The notes under the pieces: model-generated | Told to the model about the DNA's origin: nothing | Databases searched by the model: none | The model's input: the letters and a program-made list of their open reading frames with translations, nothing else | Shown here: piece by piece, positions 1-9,626 of the stretch | Numbering within the stretch: the first letter of the stretch is position 1 | Layout: every line of letters starts with the position of its first letter | Assembly (NCBI GenBank): GCA_965223545.1 | Contig: OZ245006.1 | Span: forward strand, 416,001-480,000 | Source of the DNA: Planctomycetota bacterium | GTDB taxonomy: Bacteria; Planctomycetota; UBA1135; UBA2386 | Direction: 5' to 3' | DNA length: 64,000 bases | Made by a program: the position numbers and the translations under genes

Positions 1-884
1 CTCAGGCGGTAATTGCCACTCAGATCGTGCTCGAAAATTGCTGTACTCGGCGAATTCAAAAGTTCCTCAAGCCGCTTCAAGCGCTCCTGGGTGCGCATCG
101 GCTCAGCCAACGTTCTAAGGTCCCAAAAATACACTTCAACGCCTACGATGTCTGTCCCACCTTCGACAAACAACGGCAACTTGATTACAGTGACATCGCG
201 AACTTCACCATCGCCAAATCGGTGTTCTTCCGTCGCGGTGTGAGGTTTACCAGTCTGTAGAACATACCGATCGCTCTTCTTGTATAGCTCCGCCAAGTCG
301 GGCCCGTACAGAAGTCGGTCGCTGTTCTTCACAGCGAGAATCTCTTCTCGTGACTTCCGCGCAAGTTGGCAGAACATCTGATTGACCCAAGAGATACGCC
401 CCTTCGGATCCTTGCGGGCAATGCATATTGGCAGCTTGTCCAGCAACATGTCCACAGATTCGGGGTCGCGAGCGTACGGGCGCCCTCCCGGAAGATAGGC
501 GATAGTCGGACCCGCTTCCTCAAGGACCGAAGGCTCCAATGACCGGTCGAGCACGATGCCTTCTAGGGCCGTGATGGAACCGGAAGGCGAGAGGATGGCC
601 CGGCCGCTATTTGCTACGCGAACTACACTACCGTCTGCGTGGCGCCACCGTAGCACATGTTCCTTCACGTACTGGCCTTTCTCAGCTTCAAGCCTATCTA
701 GCCAAGCTGTGCGCTCCTGGAGGTCGTAGTACAGAACGCGGGCGGACACGCTCGTTAGCTGGTCGACGGATTTGTAGCCTAGCAAGTCCGCCAAGGCCTG
801 ATTCGCGTACTGGATAACACCATCCGCAGTAGACCGGTAGACGCCATACGGAAGCGAGTCTAGGAATTCCTGTGGGACGGCCAC
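1..884 (-). CDS. Multi-PAS/PAC domain sensor protein, partial (runs off the left edge; not in the ORF track)
   Basis: Manual translation from GTG at 884 has no stop to the edge: MAVPQEFLDSLPYGVYRSTADGVIQYANQALADLLGY...LRWRHADGSVVRVANSGRAI...LEGIVLD, then LLDKLPICIARKDPKGRISWVNQMFCQLA...YFWD and the start of a third PAS (AIFEHDLSGNY). Confidence 0.8.
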   Translation of the reverse strand, partial: MAVPQEFLDSLPYGVYRSTADGVIQYANQALADLLGYKSVDQLTSVSARVLYYDLQERTAWLDRLEAEKGQYVKEHVLRWRHADGSVVRVANSGRAILSPSGSITALEGIVLDRSLEPSVLEEAGPTIAYLPGGRPYARDPESVDMLLDKLPICIARKDPKGRISWVNQMFCQLARKSREEILAVKNSDRLLYGPDLAELYKKSDRYVLQTGKPHTATEEHRFGDGEVRDVTVIKLPLFVEGGTDIVGVEVYFWDLRTLAEPMRTQERLKRLEELLNSPSTAIFEHDLSGNYRL

Positions 885-1247
885 GGTTCTGCGAACGCGA
901 CAGGCAGCCAGCCGCTGGGCCGCCCGCTGTCGCTAGTTGGTTAGGACATCGGGCAAAAGATAGCACATCCCTAACAGAGGTCAGAAGTTTCTCCGTTGAT
1001 CGCGACCGCCGTAGAGCTGACCAGCCGGAACCTCCGGTCGCACAGGGCGATGGGAACGCGGGTTCGGTGCCGCCGGGGCCGGTCTTGCGCAACCAATCCA
1101 ACGACCGCCCCACTCTCTCGCAGACACAGGCGGACAAGTTGACAGATCGGAAAAACACTGCCTGATCGCGCGCCGTTGAGGCAAGAACGAAGGGGTCACA
1201 AGCTCACACTGGCGCGACGGCATTCGCCACCGAAGTCGCCTGCACCA

Positions 1248-3755
1248 CTACCGATGACGACGCTCGGGACCGCGGTGCGGGCGCGCACGCAACGGATTCT
1301 CCGGCCACGCATGGCGCGGATAACGGCGGCGCATCTCGACCCGCACGCCCGGGTACACATTGTCCCAGAAGCTCGCGAGGTCGCGGGTCACCTGCACCGG
1401 GCGTTGGCTCGGCAACAGGAGCTCGAGGACGACCGGCACGCGACCGCCCGCGACGGTCGGGGTCTCGCGCTGCCCGAACATCTCTTGGACGGCACAGCGC
1501 ACGGTGGGGCCGGCGGGCGCGCCGTAGTCGATGTTTGCCTGGCGACCGGACGGCAGCAGCAGGCGCGCCGGGGCCAGCTGGCGGAGTCGACCCTGGGCCG
1601 GACCGAGACCGGCGCGCAGCGCGTCGACGACGGCGTCGGTACGCAAGTCCGCGAGCCGCGTGCCGATGAGCACGGTGCGCGCGGCGGCGACGACCGCGGC
1701 GTCGTCGAGATCGGGCAGCTCGAGCTCGGGGCGCGCGGCCCGCAACCACGCCACCCGCGCGCACAGCGCGTCGATGCGCGCGCGCGGCTGCAGATAGCGC
1801 CAGGGGTCGCGTTCGAGCAGGTCGCCGAGAAGCTCCGCAGCGGTGGCCGCGTCGACCGCGCCGCCGCGCGCCTCTTCGACCACCAGATCGCGAAACCGCA
1901 GCCGGCGCACGCCGACGACGCGCGCCGCGTCTTCATCGAGCACCGCCTCCACTTGTTGTTCGAGCGCGTCGGGCCAGACGCGCCGGAGCATCGCGCGGTC
2001 GACGTGGACGGTGCGCGTGACCGCGGAGCGGGTCGCGCGGCGATTGCCGGGATCGGCGACGGCGACGGCGAGGAACAGCTCGCCTTTCGAACCGGCGCCG
2101 TCGTCCGGCAGGCGCACGCCGCGCCCCCCCACCATCACGGCCTCGGCCGGACCGATGATGCAGCACACGCGGTCGGGGTAGGCGGTGAGCAGGGCTTGGG
2201 CAACGCGCTGTTCCGCGTCCGCCCGGTCTGGTGGCGCGAGCGCGTCGCGGTGCAGGCGGCGGGCGACGCGCACGACCTCGTGCACCGCGCCCCCGTCGAG
2301 GCCGTTGGCGGCGCAGCGCCGGCGGTCGACGCGCGGCTGCGCCACCGTGCGCACCAGGTCGGCCAGCTCGAGCAGGTCGAGCGGGTGGGATCCGGGCGCT
2401 GCGTCGCGCAGCACGACCTCGCGTTCGGCCAACAGCGCCACCGGCAGCGCCGCCTGCGCGGCACAACCGAGACGCTCGGCCTCGAGCATCGCGCGCGCCA
2501 GGCGCGGGTGTAGCGGCCGGTCCAGCATGCGCCGACCGGTCGCGGTCAGCTGGTCGCCGTCCTCCTCGATCGCGCCGAGGCCACGCAGCAGATCCTCGGC
2601 GGCGGCCAGCGCGCCCGCCGCTGGCGCTTCAAACCAACCAAACCGCGCGGCCGGCACGGCCGAGAACGCACGCAGCTGCAACACCGCGCCACAGACGTCG
2701 AGCCGGCGCACCTCCGGCGGCTCGACCGCCGCACGCGCGCGGTGCTCGGCCTCGGTCCACAGGCGGTAGCAAACACCCGGCCCCAACCGGCCGGCGCGAC
2801 CGCGGCGTTGGTCCGCCGAGGCCATGCTGATCGGCTGCAGGCGCAACACGTCGAGACCGCGGGTGGGGTCGTGCTGCAGGCGGCGCACCAGCCCTGTGTC
2901 GATCACCGCGCCGACCCCCGGCAGGGTGACCGAGCTCTCGGCCAAGTTGGTGGACAGCACCACGCGCCGGGTCGTGCCAGGCTGCAGCGCCGCGTCCTGC
3001 GCCTTGGCGTCGAGGCTGCCGTGCAGCTCGAGGACCTCGACCGAGAGCCGGCGTTCGGCCAGCGCACGCGCGGCGGCGCGGATCTCGCCGACGCCGGGCA
3101 AGAACACCAGCACGTCGCGCTCGGTCTCGTCGAGCGCGCGGCGCACGGCGGCAGCCACGCGCTCGGCCAGCGCGCGCTGCGAGGGACGCGCGTCGTACTC
3201 GGTGCGCACCTCGTGCGAACGCACCGGCACCTCGACCACCGGACAGTCGCCCAGGAACGCCGCAATCGGCGCGGTCTCCAGCGTCGCCGACATCACCACC
3301 ACGAGCAGGTCGGGGCGCACGGTGGCGCGCGCCTCGGCGAGCATGCCGAGCGCGAGATCGCCCTCGAGGTGCCGCTCGTGGAACTCGTCCAGCACCACGG
3401 CACCGACCCCTTCGAGGAAGGGATCGCGGGTCAGCTGGCGCACCAAGACACCCTCGGTGACGTAGCGCAGCCGGGTCGCCGGGCTGGCGATGCGCTCGTG
3501 CCGCACTTGGTAGCCGACCTCGGCGCCGACCCGGCCGCCGCGCTCGGCGGCGACGCGCCGCGCCGCGGCCCGCGCGGCGACCCGCCGCGGCTCGAGCACG
3601 ACCACCTCGCCCTCGACCCCCGCGTCGACGAGCGCCGGGGGCAACCGCGTGGTCTTGCCGGTGCCTGGTGCCGCGGCGACCACCGCCGCACCGCGCACGC
3701 GAATCGTGTCGACGAGCGCGGCCAGGTGCTCGTCGATCGGCAGGGCGGTCCGCAT
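1248..3755 (-). CDS. hrpB: ATP-dependent RNA helicase HrpB
   Basis: APGTGKTT, DEFHER, MSAT, STNLAESSVT, QRRGRAGR; C-terminal QVTRDLASFW...YPRHAWP. Confidence 0.95.
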   Translation of the reverse strand: MRTALPIDEHLAALVDTIRVRGAAVVAAAPGTGKTTRLPPALVDAGVEGEVVVLEPRRVAARAAARRVAAERGGRVGAEVGYQVRHERIASPATRLRYVTEGVLVRQLTRDPFLEGVGAVVLDEFHERHLEGDLALGMLAEARATVRPDLLVVVMSATLETAPIAAFLGDCPVVEVPVRSHEVRTEYDARPSQRALAERVAAAVRRALDETERDVLVFLPGVGEIRAAARALAERRLSVEVLELHGSLDAKAQDAALQPGTTRRVVLSTNLAESSVTLPGVGAVIDTGLVRRLQHDPTRGLDVLRLQPISMASADQRRGRAGRLGPGVCYRLWTEAEHRARAAVEPPEVRRLDVCGAVLQLRAFSAVPAARFGWFEAPAAGALAAAEDLLRGLGAIEEDGDQLTATGRRMLDRPLHPRLARAMLEAERLGCAAQAALPVALLAEREVVLRDAAPGSHPLDLLELADLVRTVAQPRVDRRRCAANGLDGGAVHEVVRVARRLHRDALAPPDRADAEQRVAQALLTAYPDRVCCIIGPAEAVMVGGRGVRLPDDGAGSKGELFLAVAVADPGNRRATRSAVTRTVHVDRAMLRRVWPDALEQQVEAVLDEDAARVVGVRRLRFRDLVVEEARGGAVDAATAAELLGDLLERDPWRYLQPRARIDALCARVAWLRAARPELELPDLDDAAVVAAARTVLIGTRLADLRTDAVVDALRAGLGPAQGRLRQLAPARLLLPSGRQANIDYGAPAGPTVRCAVQEMFGQRETPTVAGGRVPVVLELLLPSQRPVQVTRDLASFWDNVYPGVRVEMRRRYPRHAWPENPLRARPHRGPERRHR

Positions 3756-3775
3756 TCGGCGCTCCGCGCCGCGGC

Positions 3776-4369
3776 CTACAGCGGCCGCCGGCCTTCGACC
3801 GCGTCGTCGAGAATGCTGCTCGACACCTGATCCAACGACGAACCCGCAGGGAGTCCGCGTGCCAGCCGCGTCACCCGCACGCGACCGCGCAACCGCTCGG
3901 CGACCAGCTGCGCCGTCGCCTCACCGTCAAGGTCAGGGTTGGTCGCGACACACACCTCCTCGATCCCCCCGGCGGCGACGCGGCGCTGCAGCGCGGCCAA
4001 GGTCAGGTCGTCGGCACCGAGCCCCTCGACGCTCGACAGCCGGCCCTGCAGCACGTGGAACAACCCGCGGTACCCGGTGCCGTCGAACGGCGCCAGGTCG
4101 CGCGGGTGCTCGACCACCAGCACCATGCGGCGATCGCGGTCGTTATCTGCGCAGACCCGGCACGGATCGGTCTCGTCCACGTTGAAGCACTGGCCACAGA
4201 CCACGATCGCGCGCACCGCGCCGGCGATCGCATCGCTGAGCTCGAGCGCTTCCGCGTCGGGCACGCGCAGCAGGTGGAACGCCAACCGCTCGGCGGACTT
4301 GGGCCCGATGCCGGGCAGCCGCCGCAGCGCCGCCATCAGCCGTTCCAGCGATGGCGTGCGCTTGCTCAA
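3776..4369 (-). CDS. recR: Recombination mediator RecR
   Basis: LPGIGPKSAERLA HhH, C4 zinc finger, Toprim ATNPDLDGEATA. Confidence 0.97.
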   Translation of the reverse strand: MSKRTPSLERLMAALRRLPGIGPKSAERLAFHLLRVPDAEALELSDAIAGAVRAIVVCGQCFNVDETDPCRVCADNDRDRRMVLVVEHPRDLAPFDGTGYRGLFHVLQGRLSSVEGLGADDLTLAALQRRVAAGGIEEVCVATNPDLDGEATAQLVAERLRGRVRVTRLARGLPAGSSLDQVSSSILDDAVEGRRPL

Positions 4370-4692
4370 AAGCCGAGGCCGGGCAGGTTCATGCCGCCGG
4401 TCACCTTGCCCATCTCACGCTGGCGCAGCTCCTTGGCGGCGTGCATCGCCTGACGAACGGCGGTGGTGACCAGGTCTTCGAGGGTCTCGACGTCGTCGGG
4501 GTCGACCGCGTCCTTGCCGATCTGCACCGCCTGGATCTCCTGCGCGCCGTTGACGAACGCCTTGACGATGCCACCGCCGGACGAACCCTCGAGGACCCGC
4601 TGGGCCAGGTCCTCCTCGACCTCTTGCATGCGCTTCTGCATGCCCTGCGCCTGCTTGAGCAGGCTGCTCATGTCTCCGAATCCTTGCGCCAT
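4366..4692 (-). CDS. ybaB: YbaB/EbfC nucleoid-associated protein
   Basis: KQAQGMQ...GSSGGG...DDVETLEDL; between dnaX and recR. Confidence 0.95.
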   Translation of the reverse strand: MAQGFGDMSSLLKQAQGMQKRMQEVEEDLAQRVLEGSSGGGIVKAFVNGAQEIQAVQIGKDAVDPDDVETLEDLVTTAVRQAMHAAKELRQREMGKVTGGMNLPGLGF

Positions 4693-4695
4693 CTG

Positions 4696-6471
4696 CTACC
4701 GATCCTGATCGCTGGGTTCTTCTGGGGTTGGGCGGGCCGCATCGCCGTTGTCGACGATCTGCCCATCGAATGCGTCGACGATCTTGCGCACCGCCGCGCT
4801 CGGCGGCTTGCCCGAACGCGCGGTGCCGGTCGCCTTTGTGCTCGTCGCTTTGCCGTCGGCGGGCGGCGTCTCCGCCTCAGTCGCTGTGCCGGCCGACCCG
4901 CCGCCAGCCTCCACGCGCAGGCCGACCTCGCGGCCGAGGACCTCGCGCAGCGCGGCCCGCACCTGCTGCTGCACGCCCGCTGCCGCCAGCCGATCGCGGT
5001 GCAGCCGCTGCCCCTCGACCAGCTCGAGCACCACGACTCCCTGATCGTCGGGCGGCCGCACGGAGCAATGCTGCACGGTGCGCTGAAGCAAGGTGTTGTT
5101 GCCGAGGGCCGCGAGCAGCTGGTCGCGGAGATCGCCGCCCGCGGGCGCCGCTCTTGCCGCTGCGGCCGAAACCGGTGCCGGTTTGGACGGCGCTGCCGGA
5201 GCCGGAGCTGCGGGCGCAGCAGGAGCCGCTGGCGCCACCACCCCCGACCCCGACGCCGCCGCCATCGCCAGCTCGGCGAGCTGCGGCAGCTGGCCGGCCT
5301 CCGCCATGCGCAGCAGCGCGAGCTCGAGCACCAGCCGGCGGTCGTCGAGCTTGCGGATCCGCTCGCGCCCGATCAGCCCGGCCTGGATCATCGCCTCGAC
5401 CCGCGGCCGGTCGGCTTCGCGCGCGCACGCGACGAGCCGCTCGCGCGCAGCACCCGCGTGGCGCACCAGCACCGAGTCGTCGCCGTCGACCTGCAGCAGC
5501 AGCACCGCGCGCAGCACCTCGAGCACCTCGCCGAGGGCCTCGCGCTCGTCGGCGCCGCCGTCGACGACCTCGGCGGCAAAGCGCAGCGCCGGCGCCGCCT
5601 CGCCGCGCACCAGCGCGCCGACCACGTCGAGCACGGCATCGAAGCCGACGCGATGCTCGAGGGCGCGATACGCGGAGAGGTCGAACGCCTCCCCCATCTC
5701 GCGCGCCACCGGCAGCAGCCGCTCGAGGGTGGTCTCGGCGTCGCGCATGCCACCGCGCGACGCCACCGCGACCTCGGCCAGCACCTCGGCCGGCATCGCC
5801 ACGCCTTCCCGCGCACAGATGTCGGCCAGGCGGCGCTCGATGTCGCCCTCGTCCAGGCGGCGCAGGTGCTCGACCTGGCAGCGCGAGCGGATCGTGTCCG
5901 GCACCTTGTGCAGCTCGGTCGTCGCCAGCACGAAGACCACGTTCTTCGGCGGCTCCTCCAGCGTCTTGAGGAACGCGTTGAACGCGTTCCGCGTCAGCAT
6001 GTGCACCTCGTCGAGGATGTAGACCTTGTAGCGCGAGCCCATCGACGCGAAGCCGACGCGGTCGCGCAGCTCGCGGATGTCGTCGACGAGGTTGTGCGAG
6101 GCGGCGTCGATCTCGACGACGTCGGCGTTGGTGCCCGCCAGGATGGTCTTGCACGGCGAGCACTCGCCGCACGGCTCGACGGTCGGCCCCTGCTCGCAGT
6201 TGAGGCAGCGCGCGAGGATGCGCGCGGTGGTGGTCTTGCCGACGCCGCGGCTGCCCGAGAACAGGTAGGCGTGGTGGATGCGGCCGGACGCGATCGCGCT
6301 GCTCAGCGTCTGGAGCAGCGCCTCCTGGCCGACCAGGTCGGCGAACGTGGTCGGCCGAAAGCGGCGGGCGACCACGACGTACGGCTTGCCCGCCGACGTC
6401 TCCGTGGACTGGGCGCCGACCTCGACGGTCTGCCCTTTGGCCTGCTTCTTGTCTTGCTTCTTGCCCGCCAT
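4696..6471 (-). CDS. dnaX: DNA polymerase III subunit gamma/tau
   Basis: ARRFRPTTF, GSRGVGKTT, IDAAS, DEVHML, LKTLEEPP, SRC; start set at ATG 6471 because the longer ORF overlaps the SRP RNA. Confidence 0.95.
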   Translation of the reverse strand: MAGKKQDKKQAKGQTVEVGAQSTETSAGKPYVVVARRFRPTTFADLVGQEALLQTLSSAIASGRIHHAYLFSGSRGVGKTTTARILARCLNCEQGPTVEPCGECSPCKTILAGTNADVVEIDAASHNLVDDIRELRDRVGFASMGSRYKVYILDEVHMLTRNAFNAFLKTLEEPPKNVVFVLATTELHKVPDTIRSRCQVEHLRRLDEGDIERRLADICAREGVAMPAEVLAEVAVASRGGMRDAETTLERLLPVAREMGEAFDLSAYRALEHRVGFDAVLDVVGALVRGEAAPALRFAAEVVDGGADEREALGEVLEVLRAVLLLQVDGDDSVLVRHAGAARERLVACAREADRPRVEAMIQAGLIGRERIRKLDDRRLVLELALLRMAEAGQLPQLAELAMAAASGSGVVAPAAPAAPAAPAPAAPSKPAPVSAAAARAAPAGGDLRDQLLAALGNNTLLQRTVQHCSVRPPDDQGVVVLELVEGQRLHRDRLAAAGVQQQVRAALREVLGREVGLRVEAGGGSAGTATEAETPPADGKATSTKATGTARSGKPPSAAVRKIVDAFDGQIVDNGDAARPTPEEPSDQDR

Positions 6472-6511
6472 GGCTTTGCGGCCCGCCATCCTAATCCACG
6501 GCGCGTCGCAA

Positions 6512-6624
6512 GGTGCAGACCACCAGGCACCCCGGGCACAAGAGACTGCATGCTTATGGCTGCTCCGTTCCCGGCCTGACCAGGTTCGCACCGCCCCCTT
6601 GCTCGGGACCCGGTGGGCTGCACC
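6512..6624 (-). ncRNA. ffs: Signal recognition particle RNA (small 4.5S type)
   Basis: Minus strand GGTCAGGCCGGGAACGGAGCAGCC matches SRP domain IV; terminal stem GGTGCAGCCCACCGG/CTGGTGGTCTGCACC; usual position upstream of dnaX. Confidence 0.9.
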
Positions 6625-6657
6625 CTGCGGCGCGTTCGCCGCCGGCGGAGGTGAGAA

Positions 6658-6749
<92 letters not shown>

Positions 6750-6807
6750 GCTGGAGGCTGGCTACTGGTCTAGCCCCAACCTCGCCGTGGTGCAAACGGA
6801 TTGTGAA

Positions 6808-6897
<90 letters not shown>

Positions 6898-6938
6898 GCG
6901 CGAGAGGGACGGGCATTCTGCATCGAGCCGGGGCGTTG

Positions 6939-7394
6939 TCAACGCAATCGCCGGAAGAACGCGCGCAGCAGGGCGGCGCTGTCCTCGGCCAGCAGGCCCT
7001 CGTGCACGGCGCAGCGGTGGTTCAGGCGGGCGTCGGCCGGCAGCGCGAAGAGCGAGCCGCAGGCGCCGAACTTGGGATCGCGCGCCGCGAACACGATGCG
7101 CTCGACCCGCGCGTGCAGCGCCGCCCCGGCGCACATCACGCACGGCTCGAGCGAGCAGTAGAGCACCGCCCCCGGCAGCCGCCCCTCGCCGGCGGTGGCG
7201 AAGGCCGCCTCCAGGGCCAACATCTCGGCGTGCGCCAGCGGCGAGCCCCGCTCCTCGCAGCGATTGTGCGCTTCACCGAGCACCCCCCCCTCCCGCACCA
7301 CGACCGCGCCCACCGGCACCTCGTCGGCCGCCGCCGCCGCCCGCGCCAGCTCCAGACACCGCAGCATCCACCGCTCGTCGCTTGTCGCGCCCAT
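6939..7394 (-). CDS. tadA: tRNA adenosine(34) deaminase
   Basis: EVPVGAV, HAE, LEPCVMCAGA, DPKFGA, LNHR. Confidence 0.93.
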   Translation of the reverse strand: MGATSDERWMLRCLELARAAAAADEVPVGAVVVREGGVLGEAHNRCEERGSPLAHAEMLALEAAFATAGEGRLPGAVLYCSLEPCVMCAGAALHARVERIVFAARDPKFGACGSLFALPADARLNHRCAVHEGLLAEDSAALLRAFFRRLR

Positions 7395-7440
7395 CGCGCC
7401 CTTCTACCATCCGAACTTTCTCCCGCGAACCCGCCGACCC

Positions 7441-8445
7441 GTGAAGCGCGACCTTCTCTCTGCCGCCGATCTCACCCCCGACGAGCTGACGCGGCTCATC
7501 GCCCGCGCCCTCGAGCACAAGTCGGCCCCGTCCGCCGCCAGCCTGGCGGGCAAGACGCTCGGCCTGTTGTTCTTCGACCGCAGCCTGCGCACTCGGGTCT
7601 CCTTCGAGGTGGCCATGGACCAGCTCGGCGGCCACTGCATGAACATCTTCGCCGACCGCGAGCTGTACGACCTCGAGCCCGACGAGCAGGTCGTCATGGA
7701 CGGCCGCGCCGACGAGCACGTCAAGGACGCCGCCCGGACCCTGTCGCGCTACGTCGACGCCCTCGGCGTGCGGCAGATCAGCCAGACCGGCGAGTGGGAG
7801 CGCGACCGCGCCGACCTGCTGCTGCGCGCCTACGCCGAGCACGCCACCGTGCCGGTGATCAACTTGGAGACCGTGCAGGAGCACCCGTGCCAGGCGATCG
7901 CCGACGTGCTGACGCTGCGCGAGCACCTGGCGACCGACGACCTGCGCGGGCGTTCGCTGACGCTGGCGTGGTCCAACCACCCGCAACCCAAGGGCATGGG
8001 CGCCAGCCACTCGGTGCTGACCCTGGCGGCGATGCTCGGCATGCGGGTCACCGTCGCGCACCCGCTGGGCTTCGAGCTCGACGCCGATGCGATGGCGCGC
8101 GCCGGCGAGCTCGCCGCCGCCGGCGGCGGTGAGGTGCGGGTCATCAACGACCTGCAGGAGGCCGCCAAGGGCGCCGAGGTGCTGTACGCGCGCTCGTGGG
8201 GCGCGATCAAGTACTGGAACGACGCCGCGCGCGAGTCGATGGTCAAGCGCTCGCTCGACAGCTGGCAGATCGACGCCGACGTCATGGCGCGCACCGACAA
8301 CGCCCTGTTCATGCACCCGCTACCGGTGCGCCGCAACGTCGCCGTCAGCGACGAGGTGCTCGACGGCCCGCGCTCGGTGGTCTACGACCAGGCCGAGAAT
8401 CGGATGCACGCGCAGAAGGCTCTGCTGGAGCACCTGCTGCTCTGA
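7441..8445 (+). CDS. N-acetylornithine (N-acyl-ornithine) carbamoyltransferase, ArgF'-type
   Basis: SLRT carbamoyl-phosphate motif, MDGxxxEH, HPCQ, MHPLPVRRN, QAENR; GTG start at 7441. Confidence 0.8.
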   Translation: MKRDLLSAADLTPDELTRLIARALEHKSAPSAASLAGKTLGLLFFDRSLRTRVSFEVAMDQLGGHCMNIFADRELYDLEPDEQVVMDGRADEHVKDAARTLSRYVDALGVRQISQTGEWERDRADLLLRAYAEHATVPVINLETVQEHPCQAIADVLTLREHLATDDLRGRSLTLAWSNHPQPKGMGASHSVLTLAAMLGMRVTVAHPLGFELDADAMARAGELAAAGGGEVRVINDLQEAAKGAEVLYARSWGAIKYWNDAARESMVKRSLDSWQIDADVMARTDNALFMHPLPVRRNVAVSDEVLDGPRSVVYDQAENRMHAQKALLEHLLL

Positions 8446-9484
8446 CGGCCGCGGCCGCGCGCGGGCCGAAGCCGAGCGCTGCCGCGGTGCGCCGCAGCGC
8501 GTCGTCGAGCTCGGCGCGCGCGACGAAACCGAGCAACCGCCGCGCCGGCTCCGGATCGGCGACCCACCCATCGGCGCCGAGGTCGCGCAGCTTGTCGCGG
8601 CCGAACACCGACGGCGTCCGCGCCCAGCGGTTGTAGACGTCGCTGGCGACTGCCGCCGGCCAGACCGCGGCCAGCGGGGCGTGCACCAAGCGCGCGCGCC
8701 GGCCACAGGCGGCCGCCACCCGCCGCGGCAGGCTGTCGGTGTCGACCCGCTCGGCGCCGTCGAGGGGCACGACCTCGCCGTGCACGGCGGCCGTCACCGC
8801 GCGGTGCAGGGCGTCGACCAGGTCGTCGATGTAGAGCACCGACAGCGGACGCGGCACCGACGGCACCACCACCAGCGGCGCCCGGCACTGCTGGAACAGC
8901 AGCCGACTGGCGGCGTCGTGCGGACCGAAGACGATCGGCGGGCGCAGGATCAGCCACGGCTGGCGGTCGCCCAGCGCGGCGACCGCCAGCTCCCCGTCGC
9001 GCTTGCTCCGGCCGTAGTCGGAGACCGGCGCGGCCGCCGTCGGCAGCACCGCACTGCCGCGGCCATCGCGGCTCGGCCCGGCGGCGGCGAGCGAGGACAC
9101 GTGCACCAGGCGTGCAGCCGGCGCGGCGTCGCGCACCGCATCGACCAGCCGCGCGGTGCCGGCGGCGTTGACCGCGGCGAAATCGGCGCGGCGCCGGACG
9201 GCGACGGCGCCGGCGATGTGCACCACCACCTCGGCACCGCACACGGCGCGCCGCAGCGCGGCTTCGTCCTCGAGGCTGCCGATCACGACCGAGGCCGGCG
9301 GCAACCCGCGCGCGGCAACCCGCGCCGGGTCGCGAACCAAGACGCGCAGCCGCTCCGCCGACCAGCCGCGGGCGAGCAGGCCGGCGACGAAGGCCCCGCC
9401 GACGAAACCCGTCGCCCCCGTGATCGCAGTGACCGGTCGGGCGGCGGACGGCGCTGGGCCCGGCCCGTCCCCGACCGCGGTCAT
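8345..9484 (-). CDS. NAD-dependent epimerase/dehydratase (extended SDR)
   Basis: TGATGFVG, VSSLAA, YGRSK, RPPIVFGP. Confidence 0.85.
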   Translation of the reverse strand: MTAVGDGPGPAPSAARPVTAITGATGFVGGAFVAGLLARGWSAERLRVLVRDPARVAARGLPPASVVIGSLEDEAALRRAVCGAEVVVHIAGAVAVRRRADFAAVNAAGTARLVDAVRDAAPAARLVHVSSLAAAGPSRDGRGSAVLPTAAAPVSDYGRSKRDGELAVAALGDRQPWLILRPPIVFGPHDAASRLLFQQCRAPLVVVPSVPRPLSVLYIDDLVDALHRAVTAAVHGEVVPLDGAERVDTDSLPRRVAAACGRRARLVHAPLAAVWPAAVASDVYNRWARTPSVFGRDKLRDLGADGWVADPEPARRLLGFVARAELDDALRRTAAALGFGPRAAAAVRAAGAPAEPSARASDSRPGRRPPSAGRRAPRR

Positions 9485-9626
9485 CGCCCGCAACTCGAAC
9501 GCCCGCCGCGTCCTAGGCGCAGCCGCCTGGGCAGAAAGCGTTTGGTGCGGGGGGGCGCGAATCCTAACATCCGCCCCCCGAGGCGCCTGGGCTGAGCCGG
9601 TTTAGGCACCACCGAAAACCGATTCT

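Noticed and set aside
4696..6471. Programmed frameshift signal in dnaX
   Set aside because: No A-AAA-AAG or poly-A slippery run seen
8345..8445. 101 bp convergent overlap between the transcarbamylase and the epimerase
   Set aside because: The overlapping tail is low-complexity; most simply stop-codon drift in GC-rich DNA
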